Shown here one piece after another: positions 39,756 to 48,291 of a stretch of DNA of 60,806 bases. Source of the DNA: a virus (Duplodnaviria > Caudoviricetes); the IMG/VR virus record IMGVR_UViG_3300048573_000207, positions 1-60,806 of that record, one strand, 5' to 3'. The notes under the pieces were generated by a model that saw only the letters and a list, made by a program, of their open reading frames with translations, was not told where the DNA came from and did no database searches. The first letter of the stretch is position 1. Each line of letters starts with the position of its first letter. Both the position numbers and the translations under genes were made by a program.

Positions 39756-40849
39756 TCGTCTGTAAGCAGATTAGCGTAACGCTTGAAGAACTCTGGGAAG
39801 TTGGTCATCTTCTTGCGATCGAAAACCACCTTGTAAGACTTCAACACTGTATGAGCACCCATGATAACCATTTCTGGTTCAAAGTTCGCCATCATAAAGC
39901 CCAGCCAGTTGTCGGCGTTCTTGTTAAAGTCGTCCAACTTACCTGCTCGCTTGCCTGCTTCGTAACGAGTACGAAGTTCGTAGCTCAAGCTAGTAACCAG
40001 AGCGTATGCAGCCGACACTTCCTTGGATTTGAAAGTAGTAACTTTGCCGCTCAATACATCGCTTGGGTCAGGCAAGTCTGCGGCGTGCTTACGGTGTGCC
40101 ATAAACTTAATCGCCATACCTTCACCAACCAAGCCTGACACCATGTCTGTGTTAGCAGAGTCAGGCATGTCGTCATCGATCATGTCGCTAACAAAGCTCC
40201 AGGTACGTGGAGTAGAGAAAGCACGATCGTGTTGTGTAGGATCAAAGTTGTACAGGTCGCCTTTGAACTGCTTCAAGAAGCCCACCACATGCGGATGGAT
40301 TTCGTTCATGATAGCCCACTGTTCCCAGTCTTCGAAGTCGCAACGGATTTCCAAGTGCATGAAGCGGTTAGCCAATGGGCTTGGCATACGGTACGTAACA
40401 CCCTTGTCACCCATACGGTTACCTGCGGCAATCATAACCACGTTTTCTGGCAGTGTGTATTGACCCACCTTACGGTTCAGAATCAACTGATAAGCCGCAG
40501 CCTGAACAGCAGGAGGAGCAGAGTTCAGTTCGTCCAAGAACAAAAAGATCACATCATGCTTTGCGGCAAACTCAGCAGTAGGCAGTTCAGAAGGAGTAGC
40601 CCACTTCATAGTGTTGTCACCAGCTGAGTAGTAAGGGACACCCTTAATGTCAGTGGGATCCATCAACGCCATACGCAGGTCTACGACTGCGGAGTTGGGC
40701 CATTCTGCGGCAACTTGGTTCACCATGTCTGACTTACCAACACCTGGAGGGCCCCAAACAAACACTGGGCGGCGCTTTTGCACAGCACGGCGCAGGATGG
40801 GTTTGCATTCGCTGATCTTAACTGTACGGGTTTCTACTTGACTTGCCAT
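39752..40849 (-). CDS. MoxR-like AAA+ ATPase
   Basis: Walker A GPPGVGKS; Walker B LFLDE; AAGN; LANRF. Confidence 0.9.
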   Translation of the reverse strand: MASQVETRTVKISECKPILRRAVQKRRPVFVWGPPGVGKSDMVNQVAAEWPNSAVVDLRMALMDPTDIKGVPYYSAGDNTMKWATPSELPTAEFAAKHDVIFLFLDELNSAPPAVQAAAYQLILNRKVGQYTLPENVVMIAAGNRMGDKGVTYRMPSPLANRFMHLEIRCDFEDWEQWAIMNEIHPHVVGFLKQFKGDLYNFDPTQHDRAFSTPRTWSFVSDMIDDDMPDSANTDMVSGLVGEGMAIKFMAHRKHAADLPDPSDVLSGKVTTFKSKEVSAAYALVTSLSYELRTRYEAGKRAGKLDDFNKNADNWLGFMMANFEPEMVIMGAHTVLKSYKVVFDRKKMTNFPEFFKRYANLLTDE

Positions 40850-40885
40850 GATGATTCCTACTTAGAATTTGTTGAACATGTGTGT

Positions 40886-40914
40886 ATTATAAAGCATTTA
40901 TTTGCGATTGTCAA
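40886..40914 (-). promoter_or_regulatory. Consensus sigma70 promoter
   Basis: TTGACA-N17-TATAAT. Confidence 0.85.
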
Positions 40915-40935
40915 CAAATAAATGCATTGTGGTTT

Positions 40936-41205
40936 TTACGCAACAGCTTGTTCTTGAGCTGGCATAACTTGAGCAATGAACTCGGAAGCATCAATGGCTT
41001 CTTTGGTCATTGGGGCAGGCAATTCGATGAATTTGACATCAGTGCAACCAGCGCGGACCAGTGTACGAGTACGGCGCTTGTCGTTAGTGTAACGAACTGC
41101 ACCTTTGCCGTTTTTAGAAACAGCGTAGCCAACGTGGGTAAATGTTTCACCAGCAATAACTGATTCAACTGCGGCTTCAACTGCTTGGGCGGTGACTTTA
41201 GACAT
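40936..41205 (-). CDS. Hypothetical phage protein
   Basis: AAGGA RBS; own promoter. Confidence 0.7.
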   Translation of the reverse strand: MSKVTAQAVEAAVESVIAGETFTHVGYAVSKNGKGAVRYTNDKRRTRTLVRAGCTDVKFIELPAPMTKEAIDASEFIAQVMPAQEQAVA

Positions 41206-41258
41206 AAATTTCCTTGAGTGTGTGTTAGTGTATTGCAGAACCGTTCCGCAATGTTTAA

Positions 41259-41287
41259 ATTATACTATTGATCCTGGTCCTTGTCAA
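41259..41287 (-). promoter_or_regulatory. Consensus sigma70 promoter
   Basis: TTGACA-N17-TATAAT. Confidence 0.85.
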
Positions 41288-41429
41288 CCTGTTTTTGATG
41301 CTTTTTGCGTCTTTTGTAGGCTTTTTTGCTTTCCTCTACCTTGCCCTTAAAAGGGCTGTTGGCGTGGTACAGCTCAATAGCTCTACGCTTAGTACGCTCT
41401 AGCTTCAAAGTGATTGTGGTCCGTTTCAT
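41265..41429 (-). CDS. ArfA-like (alternative ribosome rescue factor-like) basic peptide, 54 aa, absent from the ORF track
   Basis: MKRTTITLKLERTKRRAIELYHANSPFKGKVEESKKAYKRRKKHQKQVDKDQDQ. Confidence 0.55.
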   Translation of the reverse strand: MKRTTITLKLERTKRRAIELYHANSPFKGKVEESKKAYKRRKKHQKQVDKDQDQ

Positions 41430-41438
41430 AGTGCTAGT

Positions 41439-41467
41439 ATTATATGGCGGCCCGAGCCAAAAGTCAA
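41439..41467 (-). promoter_or_regulatory. Sigma70-type promoter
   Basis: TTGACT-N17-TATAAT. Confidence 0.8.
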
Positions 41468-41533
41468 CCTGTTATTGGCGCTTTTTTGATGAAAATGTGT
41501 TGTATTTTTGCAACAAAAAAGTAGTACTTGGGT

Positions 41534-41917
41534 TTAACCTTTTCCTTGTGCTCGCCTACTCAATCCATTTAGCCAAAGAACAATATCATCGTTTACTAAA
41601 CGAATTTCCATTGCGTCTTGTTCGCCAAATACACGAAAATAACCGGTACCGTGATAGTAAGGCCAATCCAAGTGTTGCTCAAGACCTATCAAGTGCCCAG
41701 GGTTTGGACTCCAACCTGGAGGGCATTGGTACGACCAATAGCGAAAGTGGGGCTTCATTAGTTCCCAACCAAATGTTGTCAAGCGTAAGCCCTTGCGCTT
41801 GCCTGGTTGGTAGTTTTTAAAAACAGTGTACTCTGTTACCTTGGTATTTTCCCAAATGTGAGGTAAGGGATACTGAGCCAAGTACTCAGTTATCTTTGTA
41901 GCTAGTTCCTTGCTCAC
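41534..41917 (-). CDS. Hypothetical phage protein
   Basis: Coupled ORF; GLRLT..G and L..PYY motifs. Confidence 0.65.
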   Translation of the reverse strand: MSKELATKITEYLAQYPLPHIWENTKVTEYTVFKNYQPGKRKGLRLTTFGWELMKPHFRYWSYQCPPGWSPNPGHLIGLEQHLDWPYYHGTGYFRVFGEQDAMEIRLVNDDIVLWLNGLSRRAQGKG

Positions 41918-42197
41918 TGATCTTGCGTCCTTGCTTCATTTCGACAACTGAAAAATCTTCCACTTTGAATAGTTTGTTTAACTTATCAGCCAAGTTAAAC
42001 GCATGCCCTGGATTAGAAAATGAAACTTTTTTGTACTTTGGGCCTGGATAGCTGATTAAACTGTTCAGGGTGCGAAGATTAATTGGTCGGTCTTTATAAA
42101 AGACCGCATATATTGCATCAGCTGCAAGTACTTCTTCGCTCTTGTAAGTTCTTGGATTTGTATGCGTTAATAGGATGTTGGGCTTGGGTCTACTCAT
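41886..42197 (-). CDS. Conserved-type hypothetical phage protein
   Basis: MSRPKP...GPKYKKVSFSNPGHA.NLA.KLN..F. Confidence 0.7.
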   Translation of the reverse strand: MSRPKPNILLTHTNPRTYKSEEVLAADAIYAVFYKDRPINLRTLNSLISYPGPKYKKVSFSNPGHAFNLADKLNKLFKVEDFSVVEMKQGRKISEQGTSYKDN

Positions 42198-42237
42198 GAT
42201 AACTTTATTTATCAAAAGTAGATATTTATCAAACCAA

Positions 42238-42591
42238 TTACACTGTGGTCTTTGGCAACATTATAGACAGCTTGCCACCGTGTATGATAATACAGCTGGT
42301 CTCAGGATCGGCCACAGAAGTTCCTACGGCAGTAAATGTACGAGTCTTGGAATTGGCCCAAAGGGAAAACATTACAACACCGTCAATGGATCCAACAGCA
42401 ATGACATCTTCCTCGGCAGCTTTTAGGCCATTGGCCAAGTCTTGAGTTTTACCACACGTCCAGCTAGACTCAAGTTTAAAAACTTCGGCATTCGCCGGCC
42501 ATGCTAAAAAAGCAATAACTAAGATCAGTAAGGAAACAATCCCTACCTTAGTTATAAGTGGCCGCCAGCCATTCAGTATGTTGTTGAGCAT
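42238..42591 (-). CDS. Hypothetical secreted/membrane protein
   Basis: Hydrophobic N-terminus with an ANA signal-peptidase-like site. Confidence 0.6.
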   Translation of the reverse strand: MLNNILNGWRPLITKVGIVSLLILVIAFLAWPANAEVFKLESSWTCGKTQDLANGLKAAEEDVIAVGSIDGVVMFSLWANSKTRTFTAVGTSVADPETSCIIIHGGKLSIMLPKTTV

Positions 42592-43531
42592 TATCACTTG
42601 ACTTTTGTAAATTATACTTGCCACAGAACTTCATAAAGTGTGGACCAACAGATGGATTTCGAGGCTTTTGTACAGCTTCGGCAATGGTAGCGTCTAGTTC
42701 AGCTTTGATATGATCTGGCTGTGCAGTCAGATCGATAATGGCACGATTGCGTTCATAATCATCGCGCACCAGGTGCTCGACACCTTCGTGGTCGGTCCAA
42801 CGTTGTAGCATGAGATTGTTCCACATAAAGCCTTTGTTGTTGCGATCTGCAAATGCTTCTTGTAGGCCCACTTTGTTCTTGGTACCTTTGGTACGCACAC
42901 CAGGATAAGCACTAAACACGTTGTCACTTGTATCACCGCGCATGCACTTTTCAAACAGCAACCATTCTGGTTCAGGCGCTGGCTTTACTTCTTTTGTTTT
43001 CTTGTCTTTTACCGGCTGACCCTTTTCATCAAAGTAGCCTTCGTGAGTTGTGAGTACACCAGTGATGCCATTGAACAATTGCACATTAGGAGCAATCAGC
43101 TGTTCAAAGTCTGTGTCACTTGAAACGATAATATGGTTGTCGTCCTTGTGCAATTGAATCCAACGGGCAATAAAATCGTCAGCTTCGCATACAGGATTCT
43201 TAAGAACAGTTACATTGGTCTTGGTACTAATGTATTCGTAGAACTTATCAAACGATTCCCAAAACAGTTTTTCTTCTTCTGCTTCTTTAGGAGTTTGTTT
43301 AGCACGACCCTCTGCACGATTGGCCTTGTACGGCTTGTATACGTCCTTGCGCCAGCTTCGGCCTTCAAAGCAGAATACAACATGCTGGCCCTGTCGATCA
43401 CGCCATTGACGCAGGACAGAGGCCAGGATAATATGGTAGCTCATTGCAACACGCTCTTCAGGGTCACCAGAACGGATCACATGACGGGCACGGAAGAACA
43501 AGTTTGCGGCATCGACGATTAAGTAGCTCAT
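42548..43531 (-). CDS. rnh: T4 RNase H-like 5'-3' exonuclease
   Basis: IVD..N, SWRK..Y..YKANR, EADD, SSDTD and GDTSDN motifs. Confidence 0.9.
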   Translation of the reverse strand: MSYLIVDAANLFFRARHVIRSGDPEERVAMSYHIILASVLRQWRDRQGQHVVFCFEGRSWRKDVYKPYKANRAEGRAKQTPKEAEEEKLFWESFDKFYEYISTKTNVTVLKNPVCEADDFIARWIQLHKDDNHIIVSSDTDFEQLIAPNVQLFNGITGVLTTHEGYFDEKGQPVKDKKTKEVKPAPEPEWLLFEKCMRGDTSDNVFSAYPGVRTKGTKNKVGLQEAFADRNNKGFMWNNLMLQRWTDHEGVEHLVRDDYERNRAIIDLTAQPDHIKAELDATIAEAVQKPRNPSVGPHFMKFCGKYNLQKSSDNAQQHTEWLAATYN

Positions 43532-43537
43532 GTGACT

Positions 43538-43566
43538 ATTGTAGCAGTAAATTGGTTAGGTGTCAA
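43538..43566 (-). promoter_or_regulatory. Sigma70-type promoter giving a probably leaderless rnh mRNA
   Basis: TTGACA-N17-TACAAT, six nt before the ATG, no SD. Confidence 0.7.
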
Positions 43567-43570
43567 GCGA

Positions 43571-43891
43571 TTATTGGTTGCGTGTTCGATCGTTTGTTTG
43601 CATACGACCAGCGTCTGCAATAAATGATCCGGCGGCATCACTGTCCATGCTTACGTTACGGCACATGTCAGTGAACCAAGCGTCAACAATATCCTCGGGG
43701 CTGTTACCTTGATAACCACCGGAACGCAAGAACTGTACAAACGCAGGATTCCATTCCAGCTCAAAATATCCTTGTTTGGGATTGTCAGGAGCAAGATGTG
43801 CTTGAACTACGTTGACCCAAGGTTCGGGGCTATTCTTCATTGACTTTGCAGTTGGCTTTTTGATGAAAATCTTCTTTATAAATTCAAACAT
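43571..43891 (-). CDS. Hypothetical phage protein
   Basis: EPWV...GYFELEWN..F...L...GY.G...IVD.WF. Confidence 0.7.
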   Translation of the reverse strand: MFEFIKKIFIKKPTAKSMKNSPEPWVNVVQAHLAPDNPKQGYFELEWNPAFVQFLRSGGYQGNSPEDIVDAWFTDMCRNVSMDSDAAGSFIADAGRMQTNDRTRNQ

Positions 43892-43892
43892 T

Positions 43893-44087
43893 TCAAATAT
43901 CCCGTCCAAATACATTTTCTTCCCTCTTGGGTAGATCAGCTAACACTGTTTCTCGCCATTCTTTTGATTCCGAATACCATCTGGCACGCTCGTCTTGTGT
44001 GCGGTAGCATCCAATGCACATATCGTTGTCATCTGATACACAGATGCCTACGCATGGGTTAGTTAAATTTGCGTGGTCATCATTCAT
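43893..44087 (-). CDS. DUF1289-like small Cys-rich protein
   Basis: PCVGIC...CIGCYRT..E...W. Confidence 0.75.
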   Translation of the reverse strand: MNDDHANLTNPCVGICVSDDNDMCIGCYRTQDERARWYSESKEWRETVLADLPKREENVFGRDI

Positions 44088-44292
44088 TGTCGGTTCTTTT
44101 AAATGCTTTAAATAACATGGGTATTTGTTTTTCTCTATTTCTTGGCAGCTTGGGTGCAAGGCTACTTAGCTTGACAACTTCATCACTGTATGTGGTGTTA
44201 CACAGCGCACATGATTTATCTGCGGATGACATGGTAACAGTCTTTCTATTAAATGAACAAGTATGAATCCAGGTTATCATAATATTGATCAA
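44080..44292 (-). CDS. Small hypothetical protein
   Basis: Fills the gap between coupled genes; CxxC; start uncertain. Confidence 0.4.
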   Translation of the reverse strand: MINIMITWIHTCSFNRKTVTMSSADKSCALCNTTYSDEVVKLSSLAPKLPRNREKQIPMLFKAFKRTDNE

Positions 44293-44293
44293 G

Positions 44294-44674
44294 TTACTTG
44301 TTACTGTGTTTTTCTAACTCTTTGACAGTAGATTCAATAGCAGCGGAAAAGTTTACGGCACTTTGTTTATTCAGTACCATATGATGCTCTTGCTTGTATA
44401 CACCTTTGACCAAGATATCATAAACAGCTTGCAATCGTTGACTCCAGCCCTTCCAGACTGGAGTCCAGGTAGTTACATAAAAGCTGACTTCAACATCGGG
44501 AATGTCAGCATCATGTTGAACTTCAATCCACATTTTAACAGCATGATCATCGGAAGTGCAATCACATTCAACGTTGAATACTTTTGCATCTGCCCAGTCT
44601 GCGTCAATGCTGACACCCTGTGCTGGTGTTTGTGCTTTCATTGTATCTCCTCCGGTATAAGTTGTTCCGTACAT
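44294..44674 (-). CDS. Hypothetical phage protein
   Basis: Coupled to queE; CDC...H motif. Confidence 0.7.
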   Translation of the reverse strand: MYGTTYTGGDTMKAQTPAQGVSIDADWADAKVFNVECDCTSDDHAVKMWIEVQHDADIPDVEVSFYVTTWTPVWKGWSQRLQAVYDILVKGVYKQEHHMVLNKQSAVNFSAAIESTVKELEKHSNK

Positions 44675-45534
44675 TATTTAGCCCATCCATTGCCCCATAT
44701 TGTACAATGCAAACGGGGACTTATATTGTATCCTCGAACTAATGCTTCATCTGCGACTAATCTTAAATTTTTATTATACATTTCGTCTGTACCGCCAACT
44801 GGCATAACAAATACAGGACCTTTAAAGCCTGCTTCACGATACTCTGCTGTGGCAGCATCTACTTCTTCGAAGTCAGCAGCCTTGTCAACAACAAACTTCA
44901 AGTAAGTAAACCCTCGGGTTTGGTATTCCGCAACCACTTCGGGCTTGACAGCATCTGACCACTTTTCTCCACTTGCACTTAGCTTGGGACTTACACTGAA
45001 CGTAATTTGATCTTTACGCAAATGATAATCATCCATTAAGAAACGTTTAAAGTCTTCGTGTAAGTGCTGAGTACCGTTAGTTTCAAATGTAAGATTTTCT
45101 AAGTCTCGCATTTTGTTTTCGCTCAACAAGTCTGGATACAGTTGTTGCCAGCCCAACAGCGGCTCGCCCCCAGTGATAACAAGATGTACGTCATTGCCAT
45201 TGTCTTGCTTCCAGGCATGATTAGGAGTCAGCTCCAACATCTTTTCAATGGCTTGGTCTACAGTGTAGTATGGACTTAGATGCTTGAACGCAGGATGCCA
45301 TGATGCGTAACTATCGCAGCCAGTTTGTGCCAATGGTAGTTCTTCAAACTTTTTGTAAAGATGCACTACCTTGCCAATTTCATCGGGCTCCGCAGTTTTC
45401 TCGCCTGGCGGTAGGCCAAAGCCCGGACATTTAAAGTTGCAGCCAAATGTTCTAAAGAACACACTGGGCACACCAATAAAGCGGCCTTCGCCTTGTGCGC
45501 TATAAAACACTTCACTTACTTTAAATTCATTCAT
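44674..45534 (-). CDS. queE: 7-carboxy-7-deazaguanine synthase (radical SAM)
   Basis: E.FYS.QGEG, GCNFKC...CDS (expanded loop), TGGEP, ETNGT, SVSPK and PRLH motifs. Confidence 0.9.
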   Translation of the reverse strand: MNEFKVSEVFYSAQGEGRFIGVPSVFFRTFGCNFKCPGFGLPPGEKTAEPDEIGKVVHLYKKFEELPLAQTGCDSYASWHPAFKHLSPYYTVDQAIEKMLELTPNHAWKQDNGNDVHLVITGGEPLLGWQQLYPDLLSENKMRDLENLTFETNGTQHLHEDFKRFLMDDYHLRKDQITFSVSPKLSASGEKWSDAVKPEVVAEYQTRGFTYLKFVVDKAADFEEVDAATAEYREAGFKGPVFVMPVGGTDEMYNKNLRLVADEALVRGYNISPRLHCTIWGNGWAK

Positions 45535-45799
45535 AGATATTTGACCATTTCTTTAGTTTTTCAATCTTGGCTAACTTGGCAGCTTCAAGTCCTGCATCTG
45601 TTACAACACCTTTTAATTTTAACAGATCTACCATGGCAAGTAAATCACCAATTTCACCTTCTAAGTGTTGTGCATTAGTTAGGGGTTTGCCAGGCTTGAA
45701 GTTATCCAAACCAAAGCGATTGCACTTGCTTACTGCTTGCACCACTTCGGCACATTCCTCAGAAAGAATGTTCATAATTTCGTATAGTTTACTGTCCAC
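45527..45799 (-). CDS. MazG-like NTP pyrophosphohydrolase
   Basis: EECAEV.QA.SK...EIGDL. Confidence 0.75.
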   Translation of the reverse strand: MDSKLYEIMNILSEECAEVVQAVSKCNRFGLDNFKPGKPLTNAQHLEGEIGDLLAMVDLLKLKGVVTDAGLEAAKLAKIEKLKKWSNIYE

Positions 45800-45980
45800 T
45801 TTTTAATTCCATATAAGGGGCAATGTCGTTATCAAACAACTTGGCCATTTGATTCCATAATGCTCGAGCCTCGGTATCAGTCATGCCCGAGCCAATATCT
45901 TTAAAATTGTCTTTTCTTAAACCATAATCATGACGCCATGTATAACACATACTAGTGATAACTTGTTCTCTTGTTTTCAT
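45789..45980 (-). CDS. Small hypothetical protein
   Basis: Coupled ORF. Confidence 0.65.
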   Translation of the reverse strand: MKTREQVITSMCYTWRHDYGLRKDNFKDIGSGMTDTEARALWNQMAKLFDNDIAPYMELKSGQ

Positions 45981-46192
45981 GGTCTTGGAAAGTCTAATTG
46001 AAATACGTGTGCTTTGGTACCTTTTAGTGCCAATAGCATTTGTTCTTGTTGTGCATCTTCAAGGCTAGTGTAATAGCCTGGAAAGATACCTGACCCAGCA
46101 GTAGACGGGCTATGTGTAGACATTGAACCAGTTGAAGAAATGCTGGCTATAACCCAAATAGATAATGTCTCTGGTGGGTCAATTGGTTTCAT
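45977..46192 (-). CDS. Small hypothetical protein
   Basis: Coupled ORF. Confidence 0.6.
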   Translation of the reverse strand: MKPIDPPETLSIWVIASISSTGSMSTHSPSTAGSGIFPGYYTSLEDAQQEQMLLALKGTKAHVFQLDFPRP

Positions 46193-46195
46193 TAG

Positions 46196-46759
46196 TTAAA
46201 TCTCGCTGTAGTCATCAGATGACTCATTATCTTTAAGAATGCCAGACTCTTTAGCTGCATTGATAGCTTCCCGCAATGCTTCTTCAACTAATGCATTAAA
46301 TGTCATATCACGTTCGTGCGCCAACTTCATGTACTTTAGCAGTTCTTCATCAGTGAAGTCAACAGGGATACTTACTCGAGTGTCGTATTCTTCGCCGTTG
46401 ACAATAGCTGTTAACTTTTCCAAAAAGTCTTCTTCAACATCAAGATCTGTGTAGTTAACATCGTCCCATGCCTGATTGCCTAGCACACCTCGCTCAGTTG
46501 CTTCTGCTGCATGCTTGGCTTTATACTTGGGATTGATCAGTCGATATGCGCGGTCATTAGTGTAGTCGCATACTTCTACTTCGTATACTTTTTGGCTCTT
46601 GGTGCTGAACACAATGTTAGCACTCCATCCACCTGAACCATGAACTCCATTCCATGCACTCAACTGATGCGAGTTGGACCCATAACAGCTCCATCCGTAG
46701 TCGCCACCTTCGGTAATGCGATAGCCAACAATTTCCATCCATTCTTTTAAAGTCAGCAT
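46196..46759 (-). CDS. Hypothetical protein with C-terminal ribbon-helix-helix-like segment
   Basis: AAGGA RBS before ATG 46759; LAHERDMTFNALVEEALR; TTGACT-N17-TATACT upstream. Confidence 0.7.
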   Translation of the reverse strand: MLTLKEWMEIVGYRITEGGDYGWSCYGSNSHQLSAWNGVHGSGGWSANIVFSTKSQKVYEVEVCDYTNDRAYRLINPKYKAKHAAEATERGVLGNQAWDDVNYTDLDVEEDFLEKLTAIVNGEEYDTRVSIPVDFTDEELLKYMKLAHERDMTFNALVEEALREAINAAKESGILKDNESSDDYSEI

Positions 46760-46841
46760 ATAATTTCCTTTTAAATAATTATTAATATATACAGTATACA
46801 ACAAGTAATACAAGAAGTCAATAAAAATGGATAAATAAAGT

Positions 46842-46897
46842 GCCAATCGCGATACTGGACATATCCACTGGCTCTAACGCTATTAAGGAGCATCAGC
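46842..46897 (+). ncRNA. Candidate structured cis-regulatory RNA leader, copy 2
   Basis: GCCA/TGGC, GATA/TATC and GCT/AGC stems; same linkers (TCGC, TCTAAC) as copy 1. Confidence 0.6.
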
Positions 46898-47134
46898 ATG
46901 AATATTTATTCAATTTACAAAGCAACCAATATTAAAAATAGTAAATCCTATATAGGATTTGACTCGCACTGGCCGAAACGAAGATCCGAACACAAATCAG
47001 CTGCAGGCACCGGGAGACATTCTGCTAAAGGATCAAAGTGGTGGAATGATGGAATAGTGGAAGTAATGTTGCCAGAATCTCCGAAGCCATCATTCGTCAG
47101 AGGAAGGCTCAAGAAAGATTCCACTGATTCTTAA
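46898..47134 (+). pseudogene. Internally deleted GIY-YIG homing endonuclease
   Basis: SIYKATN..N.KSYIG...R..EH N-terminus joined almost directly to the WWNDG...F.RGR C-terminal motif in only 78 aa. Confidence 0.65.
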
Positions 47135-48014
47135 TCACATAGTCTTTATCCGGCATATTATCTAGGTCAATAACAATGTTAGGGTTCCAACCTGTGTCTT
47201 CGCTGTAGCCTTCGTTTTCGTAACCCCGCGGGTTACAAGTAATTAGCGTATCTCCGACATGGTACCAATGTGCGTGATGAGTATGCCCACATGTCCACAG
47301 TTTAATCTGCGGATGATCCATAATAAATTCAGTGAGGTCACTGTGGTACCCGCCGTTCATTAGGTATTGGGTTCGATACTGTTCATGTACACTTTGGAAA
47401 CTGGGACTATGATGTCCAACAACAACAAATTTCTTATCGTGTTGTTCGGCCAATACACTTCTAAAGTATTGCAATGTACGTGCATGACGACTAACAACAT
47501 CACGAGCACTCATTCGAGCGTACTCTCGCTTGTCATTGCGAATGATGCGGAAGTCGTTCATCATGCCTTCGATTGCATGCATGGTCAAGGGATCGCCTTT
47601 GTTCATGTCAGTCCACAAAGTAGCACCGATGAATGTAACATCGTCGATAACTTTGGTATCGCACTCTAAGAAGTAAATGTTAGGGAACTTTGCACATTCT
47701 TCACGTAGGTAATCAATACCAGCAAAGAACTTGCCGTGGTAAAATTCGTGATTACCAGCAACATAAACAACGTGCGGGAATTGAAAACTGCAACGCTTTA
47801 AGAAGTCACGAAAGCGAGCAACTCGTTGCATCTTACGACCGAGGTCTGCTAATGCTCCACTGCTGTATGGATCAAAGTCGGCTGCAATATGGTCATGCAA
47901 ATCCTGGGCAACCATAATGTCACCGCTCAAGATAAGAACGTCACACTTGTCATCGTTTGTGATATTGATATCAGAGAACTCCAAGTGTAAATCACTAACA
48001 AGTTTAATCTTCAT
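47109..48014 (-). CDS. Calcineurin-like metallophosphoesterase
   Basis: SDLH, GD, GNHE, HH.P, GHTH and NPRGY motifs. Confidence 0.9.
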   Translation of the reverse strand: MKIKLVSDLHLEFSDINITNDDKCDVLILSGDIMVAQDLHDHIAADFDPYSSGALADLGRKMQRVARFRDFLKRCSFQFPHVVYVAGNHEFYHGKFFAGIDYLREECAKFPNIYFLECDTKVIDDVTFIGATLWTDMNKGDPLTMHAIEGMMNDFRIIRNDKREYARMSARDVVSRHARTLQYFRSVLAEQHDKKFVVVGHHSPSFQSVHEQYRTQYLMNGGYHSDLTEFIMDHPQIKLWTCGHTHHAHWYHVGDTLITCNPRGYENEGYSEDTGWNPNIVIDLDNMPDKDYVIKNQWNLS

Positions 48015-48291
48015 CGCCGCTTTCCAGTTTAGCTATTGAGTTAAGTCCATTTACAGGAATACCATCTTCATCGACGATTGCAAAGTGATCAAACATAAAG
48101 CCTGCGCCTTTACAAAAGTCTTCAAATGCTTGCAACACATCATCTAATGTTCCATGATTGTGTTCCATAGCAATATTCCTAGTACCATCAGTATAACACA
48201 AAATCCACTTGGGGTCAAGTGCATCTGTGTCCAAACCTTTGATACCTTGTATTGATTTTACTACATTTTGCCACGGATCATTCTTTGACAT
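48004..48291 (-). CDS. Hypothetical protein
   Basis: Coupled ORF. Confidence 0.6.
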   Translation of the reverse strand: MSKNDPWQNVVKSIQGIKGLDTDALDPKWILCYTDGTRNIAMEHNHGTLDDVLQAFEDFCKGAGFMFDHFAIVDEDGIPVNGLNSIAKLESGDED

